A DNA stretch of 64,000 nt from Candidatus Thorarchaeota archaeon. GTDB taxonomy: Archaea > Asgardarchaeota > Thorarchaeia > Thorarchaeales > Thorarchaeaceae. The notes under the pieces are model-generated. The model was not told the DNA's origin and did no database searches. It was given only the letters and a program-made list of their open reading frames with translations. Shown in pieces: positions 19,128 to 29,900 of this stretch. A program made the position numbers and the translations under genes. Numbering within the stretch: position 1 is the first letter of the stretch; every line of letters starts with the position of its first letter. The stretch lies in contig JASFEF010000002.1 in assembly GCA_050124975.1 (NCBI GenBank), positions 22,690 through 86,689 on the forward strand, written 5' to 3'.

Positions 19128-20842
19128 GGATTATCAATATTGTAGTCACTCGTCGATATCACAATCGTGATGTTTGTTCGCATCCAAACCCTGACAGATA
19201 TTGAATAATTAACTGTCTTGAGATATTGACTGCTGATGCTGAAGGTAAAATTATGAATACCTGGTGATACCCACATGGGAAGTGATGCAATTTGGGTTGT
19301 GTTTGGGTTGACGTAGCCAGTCATTGCAAAAGGCGTTAGTTCGTCATCACAAAATATGGATATCTCAACCAAAGAGATTGATTGATTATTATCATCTTGA
19401 ACATCTATTTCGAATTCTAGGATTTCGTCATAGAATGAGTTTGTAACTGAAACGTTAGCCTCCATTGTTCCAAAAACAATCAGGTTGATTTGTTGAGTGG
19501 GTGTAAACTGATAGTATTCACTCATAGGTGAGATGTTGACAACGTGATGTCCTACTGAGATGTTATGCCAGATTGGGAATGTCAGGAAACTGGTTACACT
19601 TGGTTGAACATCAGATGCCTGCGAAAACTGCATCATTTCATCTGTAAATTGCAATTGTATTGATTGATTCCAGTCAAGAGTTGGTTCGATGAGGAATTCT
19701 ATTGTGACATTGTCACCTCTTGTCACATTCCAAGAGGATTGGGGTGCTGAAAATTGTAATGAGTTGGCAACTACATCTACGACAGTTGTTACTTCAGCAT
19801 TTTGGTATTGAGGATTGATTGCTGTGAGATTGATATGATAAAACCCTGGACTAACATTGAAAGGAATCATGTCTGAATATCTACCATTTCCCAAATCTGT
19901 CAATAATCCAAAACCAAAGCTTGTAGTCCATTGGACTATGCTATCATTTACGGGTTCTGAGTCTATATCCATGTGTTCAACTATAATTTCAGCCTGCTCG
20001 ACGTGACTTCCATCAGGTGACTGACAATATACTGGTCCGGGTGACGATATTATTGTTAGATTGGATGGAGCTGGAAGAACTGTAATTTGAAATGAATCTG
20101 CAAATGGAAGAAAATCCTCGTTTCCATAACCCGAAACAGACAGGTTGTAGGAGCCAGGAAATCCAAAAGAGTCACTCCAGTTGAGATAGACCATGCCTTC
20201 TGAAGTTGGGGTTGTATTCGAATGAAACACTGTTTGTGATTCTGAGTCTTCAACATGAAGATTGACTAGCTCTCCAGAGTAGACTACATTATTATTGTGA
20301 GTACTTGCAATCTTTAGTGGAATAGATGTATTCAATCCATATTGTACTGATAGAGAAGACAAAGGAATGGTGTCGAGATGTCCTCTGTTGATTGTTATTT
20401 CGATATTATCGCCAGCGCTTTGATACACTGTATCGAAGATTTCTACTGTGAAAAGCGCAAAGGCTTGAGCTCCTGATTCATTAGGGGCAGTATGTTCAGG
20501 TAAGATTGTATATGATGAATTCAGGTAGCGAACTGCAGGAAACGGGGGAATGTAGTATTCGTCCGCATAAGACGGTCCAAGATCAGTCACAAGAGCAAAT
20601 GAAACATAACACCATCCCTCGTCGCTGAAATCTGCAATAAGTTTAGCAACCATGTTAATGGTTTCTCCAACTTCATAAACTAGTTTGTCTGTTTCAAAGT
20701 ATTGAAAATCGAAGTAGAAGGCTGAAACTGGGATTACGAAGCATGCAATAAGGAGAAGAGCGATGGGTACAAGTGCTGTTTCTTTTTGTTTCACCAGACT
20801 ACACCAGAAAATCGTCGTTATCTTTCCTAAAAAACAGCACAT
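19004..20842 (-). CDS. secreted/cell-surface protein, hypothetical (sequon-rich)
   Basis: There is an N-terminal signal/TM segment, and N-x-S/T sequons are numerous through a beta-rich body. It overlaps korA convergently by 124 nt. Confidence 0.45.
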   Translation of the reverse strand: MCCFLGKITTIFWCSLVKQKETALVPIALLLIACFVIPVSAFYFDFQYFETDKLVYEVGETINMVAKLIADFSDEGWCYVSFALVTDLGPSYADEYYIPPFPAVRYLNSSYTILPEHTAPNESGAQAFALFTVEIFDTVYQSAGDNIEITINRGHLDTIPLSSLSVQYGLNTSIPLKIASTHNNNVVYSGELVNLHVEDSESQTVFHSNTTPTSEGMVYLNWSDSFGFPGSYNLSVSGYGNEDFLPFADSFQITVLPAPSNLTIISSPGPVYCQSPDGSHVEQAEIIVEHMDIDSEPVNDSIVQWTTSFGFGLLTDLGNGRYSDMIPFNVSPGFYHINLTAINPQYQNAEVTTVVDVVANSLQFSAPQSSWNVTRGDNVTIEFLIEPTLDWNQSIQLQFTDEMMQFSQASDVQPSVTSFLTFPIWHNISVGHHVVNISPMSEYYQFTPTQQINLIVFGTMEANVSVTNSFYDEILEFEIDVQDDNNQSISLVEISIFCDDELTPFAMTGYVNPNTTQIASLPMWVSPGIHNFTFSISSQYLKTVNYSISVRVWMRTNITIVISTSDYNIDNPQDLTISRRISSGSIMRPPPILFKGITSTNPSTARLTSLDS

Positions 20843-20916
20843 GGATTCAACGGCAGGTTTAATTCACACTTGCATGCCGTCAATTATAGGCTCTAGCAAA
20901 TAGAGGTGTATCATCA

Positions 20917-21282
20917 ATGGTAATTAGGCTAAAGACAGCTGTTATAGATTCTGTTGAAGAAACTGAAACTAGAAGATTGAAGATATTGAAGGTGTCTTCG
21001 AAAAGTGATGGTGCTACTCTCACATTGGAGCTGCCTGATGCAATATGTGACACGTTGAACACCAATGATTCCATCACTGTAGTTATTGATTCTAAACCGA
21101 TTACGAAAGGTGAAAAGGCGAAGCTATACGTTGAAAGCGGTGTCTTCAAGAAGATAGAGAAAAATGGTTTGGAGGTAATTGGATCAGTAGGCGGATTAAG
21201 ATTGGTCTTCACTCTTGGGAAAGCTACTCCAAGTCAGAGTAATATTTTCAACTCTGAGCGATTCTTCCTAGCAATCATGTAA
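20917..21282 (+). CDS. putative RNA polymerase subunit Rpo8 (RpoG, Rpb8-like OB fold)
   Basis: 121-aa ORF. Local resemblance to Rpb8 (LTLEL...DSITVVIDS; GGLRLVF) and the position upstream of tfb support the call. It is tentative. Confidence 0.4.
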   Translation: MVIRLKTAVIDSVEETETRRLKILKVSSKSDGATLTLELPDAICDTLNTNDSITVVIDSKPITKGEKAKLYVESGVFKKIEKNGLEVIGSVGGLRLVFTLGKATPSQSNIFNSERFFLAIM

Positions 21283-21314
21283 GCCTATGTTCGAAGAGGT
21301 TCTTACTTGATTAC

Positions 21315-21347
21315 TTTCGGTCATCTCTCTTTCTGACCAGACCGAAA
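21315..21347 (+). terminator. inverted repeat TTTCGGTC...GACCGAAA downstream of the Rpo8-like gene
   Basis: An 8-bp perfect inverted repeat with a 17-nt spacer lies about 30 nt after the stop codon. Confidence 0.25.
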
Positions 21348-21456
21348 AGGACTGTTCAATACCAGTTATAGTTCACTTAGACAGACTAGTCTTCTCTGTG
21401 AGCGTATTATTGGTATCTGAAACGTAGTTAGGAATGTTTGTGCACACTCTAACTGG

Positions 21457-22500
21457 GTGTGGTTTTTGACTGATGGAACATGTGAATCTCGTTTAACGAA
21501 TTCGAAATCTTGTCCTGACTGTAGCGGTTTTCTTGTCACTAGTCAAGGACATATAGTATGTGCTGAATGTGGTTTGGTACTCTCAAGAGAGTATGTCTTG
21601 CCCACATACCAGATGGGAGAGAGACCAAGTGGTGATTCTCCTGATGCAAGTATGTATGTGTCTTTGGGTAATCGGATGCATATTGTAGATGGCCTTGGTA
21701 GCTACATCGGTTTTCACAAGGATCGATACTTCCAAGATGCTCAGGGACATGCATTGTCTGGAAGAAAGCAAAAGAAGTTCAAACGCTTGAAGACGATATA
21801 CAGTACTAGAATCAGAATTGGTAAGAATGAGGCGAAGTACAGAGCTCTGCGAACCCTCAATCATGTATCAAAGCTTCTCATGATCAATGAGCAAGTTCGT
21901 GATCGGACTGCCTATCTGTACAAGAAAGTGGTGAATGAAACAGCTGGAAATGTGAGTAATAACATTCTGCTGATAGCAGTCTGCCTTCTTATGGCTGTAA
22001 GGGAATTCAAAGAAGAAGCTCCAATAACACTTGATGAGATAGCCGATGTGTTTGAGAAATGTGGACACCGGGTCAATGTGAGAGCGATTGTGCGGGAAGC
22101 GCTTAGGCTCAAATCACTCACAGGTTACTCACCTGAGATACGGAAACCAGAGGATTATGTCCCAAGAGTGCTGTCTATGTTGATGAACAGCCCAAGAGTA
22201 GTCAGCAAGGTTCAATCAAGAGGTTGGGAGATAAAGGACTATGAAAATGCTCTCAGAAAAAAGATACTAGAAGTTCTCAAGATGATACCTGCTTCAAAGA
22301 GAGGTGGAAGGAACCCTTTCATATTCACAGTTTCAGCTGCTTATGCAAGTGATAGACTGATTGCTGTGCAGCATGGAAAACGAGCTGTTCTAACTCAGAA
22401 GCTTGCATCGACTGCAACAAAAGTGGCTGAATACAGTATCAGAGATCACTTCGGGATGATGAAGAAAGTCATTGAGATATCTCATGCAAGCATCCAGTGA
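21457..22500 (+). CDS. tfb: transcription initiation factor TFB (TFIIB homologue)
   Basis: An N-terminal zinc ribbon (CPDCSG...CAECG) is followed by two cyclin-fold repeats. Confidence 0.85.
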   Translation: MWFLTDGTCESRLTNSKSCPDCSGFLVTSQGHIVCAECGLVLSREYVLPTYQMGERPSGDSPDASMYVSLGNRMHIVDGLGSYIGFHKDRYFQDAQGHALSGRKQKKFKRLKTIYSTRIRIGKNEAKYRALRTLNHVSKLLMINEQVRDRTAYLYKKVVNETAGNVSNNILLIAVCLLMAVREFKEEAPITLDEIADVFEKCGHRVNVRAIVREALRLKSLTGYSPEIRKPEDYVPRVLSMLMNSPRVVSKVQSRGWEIKDYENALRKKILEVLKMIPASKRGGRNPFIFTVSAAYASDRLIAVQHGKRAVLTQKLASTATKVAEYSIRDHFGMMKKVIEISHASIQ

Positions 22501-22556
22501 TGTATTCCCTAGGAGATTATCTAGTAATTCTCTGAATAAAAGGTAGAATCTATGAG

Positions 22557-24263
22557 GTGGTTTATTGGGTGAACTCAGATATCTATGTGATTCAATGTCC
22601 TAGTGGACGTTGTGAGAAATGTCCCCAGAAGATTAATCGCGGTTGCCAGAAGCTAGATGGCATTAGAGAATCCGGAAACGTGGAAATAAAATTGGTGTTG
22701 GTTGAACCCGAAAGGGGTTTACTCCACTTCTGCGATTCAATCAGTAACATACAAACTGAGCCTTCTTGGAAGACTGATGGGTGGGAAACTTTCTTCGTAG
22801 GTCCAAATAGCCATCTATTCGAAGGGGTAGATAATCTCGTGGCTATTTACAAGGTTGGACCTTATCTATCCATGTTCAGGCGGAATGAAAATAATCAGAC
22901 AGAATATATTACAGCTCCATTGGTTAGAACCGCTCTAGAACACTCACTTATTGAAGAGTTGAGTCACAAGTCGGTGTATTTTGGAGATAAAACATCTTCA
23001 TTAAGAAATGGTATTACTCAGAAACTGAAGCAGGTTACAGATGATGTTTCGAAACACATCATGAGTCTAATACCTGAAATTAATGAAACTACGAGAAAGA
23101 ATCTCTCAGAGATTGTTGCTCATCGTCGTAGCGTTCTTGGTCCCTTAATGCCCATTGTACTTGATGATTTCGTAGAGGAGATATATCTTGATAGTCCAGG
23201 AGTGCCCGTATATTTTGACCATCAGAAGTATGGTAGATGTATCACTACTATCACTTTTCGAAAACATGATGTGCCAAGGATTATCACGTTGATTCGTGCT
23301 GAGAGTAACTTTCACCTTGATAGAAGTAATCCATCTCTCAAAATGAATTTACAGATTCAAGATGCATCGTTGCGTTTCTCTGTGAGTATACCACCGCTCA
23401 GTCCGGATGGTTTACACCTTGAGATACGTAGGGCGAGAAACCATCCATTCTCAATTAATGATTTGATAGAAAACGGTACAATGACACCTGAAGTTGCAGC
23501 AATTCTACTTTTTGCTGTTTCATGTCGGTTCAATATTACAGTGACTGGGGGTCCAGGAACCGGGAAGACTACCTTGTTGAATGCATTAGATTTGACTACT
23601 CCAACATGGTGGAGAAAAATCTACATCGAGGATGCCATTGAGAGTAGAAAGCAGAGTAATCATCATCAAGTTCGATTCATGGTAGATCCCATGGATGAGC
23701 AATTGGTGAAATTAAGCAAAAGTGATGAGATAATCAAATGTCTTCACAGGTCACCAGACTATCTTGTACTTGGAGAAATTCAGACTGCTGAGCATAGTAA
23801 AGCTCTATTTCAGGCGATTACTGCCGGTCTCAGAACTATCCAGACCTGTCATAGTGAGTCAGCTTCAAGTCTCATTTCTAGATGGAAGCTAGGACACGGA
23901 ATCCAAGATGATAATCTTGCACTGATGGATGTCATAGTCACCCTCGAAAGACCAAGACCAGGTGAGTCAAAACGAAGAGTAAAGGAAATTTCTGAAATCC
24001 GGAGAAAAAACGTTAATGGCTTGATAGAATTTGCAGGCCTCAACAATGTGTATGATAGTAGTAGAGAGGATATCGATAGCTGGGCAGATGATGGGGCATT
24101 CATAACGCGAGCAAGAGATATTGGAGTTGAGAGTCATGTTCCGGCTCTAAGTACCTTGATTGATACTGTTCGTCATAGTGTGTACCATTCTAGTCTTGAT
24201 ATGTTGAGTGAGAAGATGTGGTCATATGGACATCCTATGAGGTACGTAGAGCGCACAACATGA
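22557..24263 (+). CDS. type II/IV secretion-system ATPase of the FlaI/VirB11/TadA class
   Basis: An N-terminal CxxC...CxxC cluster is followed by Walker A TGGPGTGKTTLLNAL, a Walker B/Asp box PDYLVLGEI and a His box TCHSESA. The PGVPVYF segment is typical of this ATPase class. Confidence 0.7.
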   Translation: MVYWVNSDIYVIQCPSGRCEKCPQKINRGCQKLDGIRESGNVEIKLVLVEPERGLLHFCDSISNIQTEPSWKTDGWETFFVGPNSHLFEGVDNLVAIYKVGPYLSMFRRNENNQTEYITAPLVRTALEHSLIEELSHKSVYFGDKTSSLRNGITQKLKQVTDDVSKHIMSLIPEINETTRKNLSEIVAHRRSVLGPLMPIVLDDFVEEIYLDSPGVPVYFDHQKYGRCITTITFRKHDVPRIITLIRAESNFHLDRSNPSLKMNLQIQDASLRFSVSIPPLSPDGLHLEIRRARNHPFSINDLIENGTMTPEVAAILLFAVSCRFNITVTGGPGTGKTTLLNALDLTTPTWWRKIYIEDAIESRKQSNHHQVRFMVDPMDEQLVKLSKSDEIIKCLHRSPDYLVLGEIQTAEHSKALFQAITAGLRTIQTCHSESASSLISRWKLGHGIQDDNLALMDVIVTLERPRPGESKRRVKEISEIRRKNVNGLIEFAGLNNVYDSSREDIDSWADDGAFITRARDIGVESHVPALSTLIDTVRHSVYHSSLDMLSEKMWSYGHPMRYVERTT

Positions 24264-24324
24264 TCTGTTCCTTTTTGGGGGCTTTAAAAGGAGTCGAATT
24301 AACATGAGTTAAAGGTGGAAATCT

Positions 24325-24534
24325 TTGACGAAGGATGATAGTTTGATTCATGATGAGCAGGGAGGTCCGTTGGTTGAGGAAAGTCTGCTCCTTGGTTTAG
24401 CAGTTGTTACTGTTTCAATTGTGATAGCGGTCATCCTTCAGGCTACCGGATGGGCACAAGATGTTGTTGAGGGATTACTTCAACTTCTTCAGGATAGTTG
24501 GAGCAGTCTGACACAGTTATTCGGCACACCATAA
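24325..24534 (+). CDS. putative Flp-like / class III signal-peptide pilin
   Basis: 69-aa ORF. The polar leader ends ...EQG, then GPLVEE with Glu at +5, then a hydrophobic helix LLLGLAVVTVSIVIAVI. This matches the Flp pilin G/xxxxE(Y) pattern. Confidence 0.4.
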   Translation: MTKDDSLIHDEQGGPLVEESLLLGLAVVTVSIVIAVILQATGWAQDVVEGLLQLLQDSWSSLTQLFGTP

Positions 24535-24619
24535 CAATACTGTTCTAGTTATGGGGAAAGGCTTATTTGTGGAATTTCTGACGAGCCTTCTCGCGCTCCG
24601 GACAGGCATTCCATTCACG

Positions 24620-24729
24620 GCTCCGGTAGAGTGTTGTATATTTCTATACAATAACACCGATTGTAGTCCGGCCCAGCATGGGGGACTCTCGATCCTCCGA
24701 CCCGGGTTCAAATCCCGGCCGGAGCACCA
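24620..24729 (+). tRNA. tRNA-Glu (anticodon CTC) with a ~32-nt intron in the D-arm region (non-canonical position), CCA encoded
   Basis: The 3' part folds as ...CAT-G-GGGGA/CTCTCGA/TCCTC-CGAC-CCGGG/TTCAAAT/CCCGG-CCGGAGC-A-CCA. The matching acceptor strand GCTCCGG lies 110 nt upstream. The intervening sequence is about 24630-24661 and contains the hairpin TTGTATA/TATACAA. Confidence 0.65.
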
Positions 24730-24739
24730 TCTTTCATTA

Positions 24740-26740
24740 TTAGCCTACGAGATATCTTCGTCGAATGATTGGAACTGTTGAAATCCCAACAGAAGCGATA
24801 AGAGCTATTGTTAGACCCATAATGCCAACTCCTTGTAGTGACATTACATCAGCTATTGTTACTTCGATTATGAACGAGCCACTAGTTGAGATGATTGAGC
24901 TTGTTGTTTCCGACTCATAGTATAAGACATAATTACCACTAGTAGCAGGGATTCTAAGATGAAGAAAGATTATGCCTCCTTCAGTGGTTTCAGCATTGAA
25001 ATTCGAGTTCAACCAATCAAAGTTAACTTGGACATTCTTTAGGGTCGATCCATTATAGCCTCTTAGTGTGAGATGTACCGACAATTCGTGGAGAGGGGCT
25101 ACAACTTCATAGAAACCAAGTTCTAGTCGCACAGGCATTTGACTAGTTACTTGGAGGTCATAATCAAACTTGACTGATGATTCAAAGAGTGTGTCGTTCC
25201 CATCATAAAATATGGAGATATTGTATTGTTTCTCGATGAATGGAACAGAGAAAGAGAAAATTACTCGACCATTTGTATCAGTGACATCCGATAGTTGGAT
25301 TTCATCATCTATCAGGAACTGGAGTGGTCTAAAGGAACAGTTTCCAGCCCAGTCGGTCATCTGGAGTTCGATAGAAACCTCTTGGCCAGGGGATGCATAG
25401 TGTTCAACATTGCATTTTACTAGTGATATCGTAGGGGTAGACCAAGCTGAGAAAGTAATACTTGAACTAGTATTCGTTATGAACGAGTTTTCTGTGATTT
25501 CTATATTGAGTGTGTGAATCCCAGCAGGACCTTGTAATTCGTATTGAAAGTTGGTGGTAGTTTCAATTGGACTTGAAGGAATTGTGAATCTCTGGTTGGA
25601 TGTGGAGTCAATAATTGAGATTAAGGAGTTGGGAATAGCACGACCTAGTAGATCAGAAACAGTGATTTCAATATCGACGCTGGAACCAATCCCGACTGAT
25701 TCAGGCACCTCAATAAGTATCTGAGCAGGACTTGTTACAGAAAAAGATGATTCGAGATAGGATTCAGAATATCGTTCAGTCCCGTTGTAGCGTATTATTA
25801 GTGAATGAGTCCCAAGTGTGAATCTTTCATCAATGATGATATGGAAATGGCCAATTCCAGAACTGTTGGAAGTGGTGATAAGTAGGGGGATATCATCTAG
25901 GAGTAGTTGAAGAGATTCGTTTGGTATTATGTTGCTTGTTTCATAGAGTTCAGCATACAGATCTACAGATTCATCGAGTCCGATTTCGTTGGGAAGAGGG
26001 TTTTGAAGAATGAGAGAAGTTTGTATTTTTGATATTTCGACTGTGAAATTAAATTCTGATGCGTCGAGAGAATTGATCAAGTCTTGATTGTACACAACAC
26101 GAATGTGATTATCTCCCAATGTAATCCATGAACTGTTACACATGATATCAAAATGGATACCTCCAGACGAGTTCGTTGTGCCTATTGCAAGTGGTGTATC
26201 ATCCTTGAAGATTGTCAAAGTTGCATCTGATATTGGATTATGTGAATCATCAGTCAGATGAAGTGAAAAGGATAGGTAGTCACCTGGAGCCAGTATATCA
26301 GGAGTTTGGTCAATCTCAATGTTGGTGGATGATAGTATTACCAGCGTTGTCCATTGGTATGAGGGTGCTAGAGAGAGAGACTCATTGCCATAGAATGTTG
26401 CATTGATTATTGTAGGTCCAAGGACATGATCTGAGGGAATATTCCAAGAAATGGAGGCAATGCCATTTGCATCCGTCTTGTCAGAGCCAATGAGAGAGTC
26501 GAATGTCTGGTCATAGAAGTATATTCTCTGGTTTGATACAGGGTTTCCATAGCTACCATTCTGAAGAAGAGTGATTGTGATTGTTACTGCATCCCCTCTA
26601 ACAACCACTGCTTCACCTTCTGCTGAAACCGGTTCAGTGTTGAACACGATCAATGAAAGTAGAACTATGAATATTACCGGGAACCAGTACGATTTCCTGA
26701 TGATATGTACCCCCTTGGGGAAGTTACAGGTATTTCTCAC
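24740..26740 (-). CDS. cell-surface protein, hypothetical; N-terminal signal peptide, sequon-rich beta-rich domains, C-terminal TM anchor followed by RRR
   Basis: 666-aa ORF. The N-terminus is MRNTCNFPKGVHIIRKSYWFPVIFIVLLSLIVF...SAEGE and the C-terminus is ...GIMGLTIALIASVGISTVPIIRRRYLVG. N-x-S/T sequons are frequent. Confidence 0.5.
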   Translation of the reverse strand: MRNTCNFPKGVHIIRKSYWFPVIFIVLLSLIVFNTEPVSAEGEAVVVRGDAVTITITLLQNGSYGNPVSNQRIYFYDQTFDSLIGSDKTDANGIASISWNIPSDHVLGPTIINATFYGNESLSLAPSYQWTTLVILSSTNIEIDQTPDILAPGDYLSFSLHLTDDSHNPISDATLTIFKDDTPLAIGTTNSSGGIHFDIMCNSSWITLGDNHIRVVYNQDLINSLDASEFNFTVEISKIQTSLILQNPLPNEIGLDESVDLYAELYETSNIIPNESLQLLLDDIPLLITTSNSSGIGHFHIIIDERFTLGTHSLIIRYNGTERYSESYLESSFSVTSPAQILIEVPESVGIGSSVDIEITVSDLLGRAIPNSLISIIDSTSNQRFTIPSSPIETTTNFQYELQGPAGIHTLNIEITENSFITNTSSSITFSAWSTPTISLVKCNVEHYASPGQEVSIELQMTDWAGNCSFRPLQFLIDDEIQLSDVTDTNGRVIFSFSVPFIEKQYNISIFYDGNDTLFESSVKFDYDLQVTSQMPVRLELGFYEVVAPLHELSVHLTLRGYNGSTLKNVQVNFDWLNSNFNAETTEGGIIFLHLRIPATSGNYVLYYESETTSSIISTSGSFIIEVTIADVMSLQGVGIMGLTIALIASVGISTVPIIRRRYLVG

Positions 26741-26914
26741 AATCTGATTTGGTGTACCAGTTCTCCATTCAGTTTCTGGGTTTTTATTCTCCTATAGAGT
26801 GTACATTGATGTATAATCTGTTTAGAGGTGTTCTTATGCTCAACAATGGTACGATGGTTCGGTTCCGTAGGCAATCATTCTTGGGCTAGAAAAAACAAGA
26901 TGAGGATTTCGTAG

Positions 26915-29900
26915 ATGCCATTTCATTTGCCCCGAAAAGGAGGATTAGGATTGGTTTCTTATGATTCACATAGAAAACCAAGGTCATGGCTGAGTATAAT
27001 CTGGACGATTGGAAATCTATTTGCCGGATTGTATTTGTTAGCGGTTTACTTGTTGCCATTGACTGGATTGGTTAGTCAACCATTGATTCCTCTAAAGACG
27101 GTTGTTGAAGTGACCATCTGTTTGATTCCAGTAATAACAGGATTTGTGTTGACTGTAAGAAAAGTTCGTCTTCAGAATCCTTTGGTTTCGGTAGAAGGTA
27201 GCACATTATTGATTCAACTTGGTGACCATGTGATTGGGACCTGCTGTCTCGATATTCTGTCCGTATCCGGTTCGGTGTATCTAGACGAAAATGGAAAACC
27301 AAGGTATAATGAGAGTATGTTATTGGCAATGAGGGCAGGAATGGACAAATCGGTAACAATGGCTTTTGAAGCGGGTGTATCTAATGGTGAACCGTTCTTG
27401 TATATCTTCATAACTGCAGTTGGACATAGCTTGAAGCAAATTCAGGAGATTCTGAGAAGAGAAGCAACCAGAACTGAAGCAATTCTTTTGTCTTCTCTGA
27501 ACAATGTGGAACTGAAACTTCTGGAGGGTGATTTACTGCAAGATGTTGTTTTGACGCATATGGAAGGGGTATACATAGAATCTCAAGGGATAATCCTCAA
27601 TGAGAGAGTAAAATCGATGGGAATCATAACCTTACAAGGATTACCCCGGACATTCCCAACACAGGATGCTTCTCAGGTAGGGACATTCATTTCAACTGTA
27701 CTCAGACAAGGGTATACAACAAGCATGACCTGTGTGTTTTCTTCAGCTAAACCAGGGAAAGAGAAACGTACACTTGAAAGTCAATGGAAAAATATCCAAG
27801 CAAAGGAAAAGCGGAAGGAAGAATCGCTTCAAGACTATGCAGAAAAGAAAAAACTAGTGACTCGTTATGAAGAAATTCAAGATAGGGCTGGTTGGTTTGA
27901 TACTACAGTATACTTCAAAGTGAATACATCAGCTACAAGTCATATTGAAGCTGATCTAAATGGAGTAGTTGGGCTAGTCCATGCCATTTGGGGTGGTGGT
28001 GATTCAATCAAGCTAAGTAAGCAGAAGTTGTCAAAACGGACAGCGTATAGGATGCTATCTCGTCGTCATTTGAAACGACAACGTATGCATATAGCTCGAC
28101 TGTCATCTTTTGTAAACACGCCGATTCAACAGCTTCCAGCTATCACTCCAAGACATGCACCGACATTTCCAGTTCCTGCTAAGGATTTGTTGGACAATGA
28201 ACTTGTTATTGGTGAAACAGTCTTCGGAGGGCGACGTTTATCAAATGCTGGATTGGAGGTTGATTGGTTAAGGGAGCATGTTACGATTTTGGGGGCAACT
28301 GGAACAGGGAAGACAACTCTTGTGAAGCATCTTATAGCTCAGTTAAGTACGGAAACGGATGTACCTTGGTGGATATTTGACGTCAAGGGGTCTGAGTATC
28401 TTAATCTGGTTGGTCATGGCGAATCAGAAATCCTAGTTCTAAGACCAGGTCTTGACTCTTCTTTTGTAATCAACCTTATCGACTCTGAGATGGCAAATGA
28501 TGAGAACCATGCTCATTCTACATTTGTGATATTGAGAGAGCTGTTGAATGAAAGAGGCGATTCTTCTGAACTTTCTCCAGCAATGGAAAAACTCCTGCGT
28601 GATTCAATAATGAAAATGGCAGTAACACTGGATCAGGGTAACTCAGTTCAGTTTCTAGTCAAGATGATTTCAGAGGTTGCTGGTAATGATCGTATAGGAA
28701 GCATGACCAGAGATGCGTTGCTCAATCGCCTTGAGATAGTGACTCGCGAACCACTAGCATCAATCCTTGGAGATGATACAGAAACTGTTCGATTTTCGGA
28801 ACTACTAAACAAGCGTGTTATCTTCGATCTTTCGTATGTTGCACGAGTAGGGGGAATGGATTCTGCAAGACTCCTCTACAATCTTGTTGCTAAACGAATT
28901 TTCGAAAGTGCAATGAGAAGAGGTGTCACTGAAGGTTTACATCATGTTGTTGTGTTAGAAGAAGCAAGTAATCTCGTGCCTGAAAGCTATACAAGACATT
29001 CAGCAGCAGATGTGACGACTGGAGAATCTATGGTGATGCTACAACGGGCTACCGGACAAGGCGTTGTTGTGATATCAACTAGACCCAATATCTCTTCGAA
29101 CATTTTAGCGAATACTTCAACTAAGATTGTATTTCGATTGCCTTATGATAGTCAAGTTGGTGGAAGATTCCTTTCTTTGAACGAGGATCAAGAACAGTAT
29201 CTTCGCACGATGCAACGAGGAAGAGCCTTGATGAGTATACCTCATACTGAAACCTTTGAAATTGTCACACAACGGTTTTCTGAAACTTTGGTGCAGGAGA
29301 AACCAGCAGATTCTATTGAACACAGTTCCATTCCAACAGTTGAAACTCCTGAAACAGATGATGCGAAAGATTTGGTGAGCGACAAAGAAGTATCTGAACC
29401 AGACCAAGACTCCAAGGCTCAGACCCTTGTTTTCAACAGAATTGACAGACTTGGAAGTCATGTTGTTGCATTTTTAGCATCGGAAGGATGGGCGACAGAA
29501 GGTGAAATCCGAAATCTTCTTTCAGTGTTGGATTCTACCGTAGTGGATGATGATATTTCGGAGGTTATTCGAAATCTTGTATCATTGGGTAGTGTTGAGA
29601 GAGAAGCCTTGGCGCTTGTTGATGGTGGATTTGTATTTGCCCTCCCTGGAAAGGCTTTGAACGCAGTCAGGCGTGTAATTGTTGAGTATATATCTGGAAA
29701 ACTTGGAATAGAGTATAATCCTTCGACCTCTTCTGATAATCCTGATTGGCCAGATATTGTCCTTGAGGACAGGGCTGTAATTGTAATTCCTCAGCATCTG
29801 AGAGCGTCATCTATGGTTTTGACATTAGATGGGATTCGTAATCAAATGAGTAAGCTTCAGAATGGTGTAAGCGAACTCATTGTTGTTGTCAGAGGCAGTG

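Noticed and set aside
24540-24760. Integrated element using tRNA-Glu as attachment site.
   Set aside because: No direct repeat of the tRNA 3' end was found downstream through 30.7 kb, and no integrase or recombinase-like ORF was recognised. The unusual layout is better explained by a tRNA intron.
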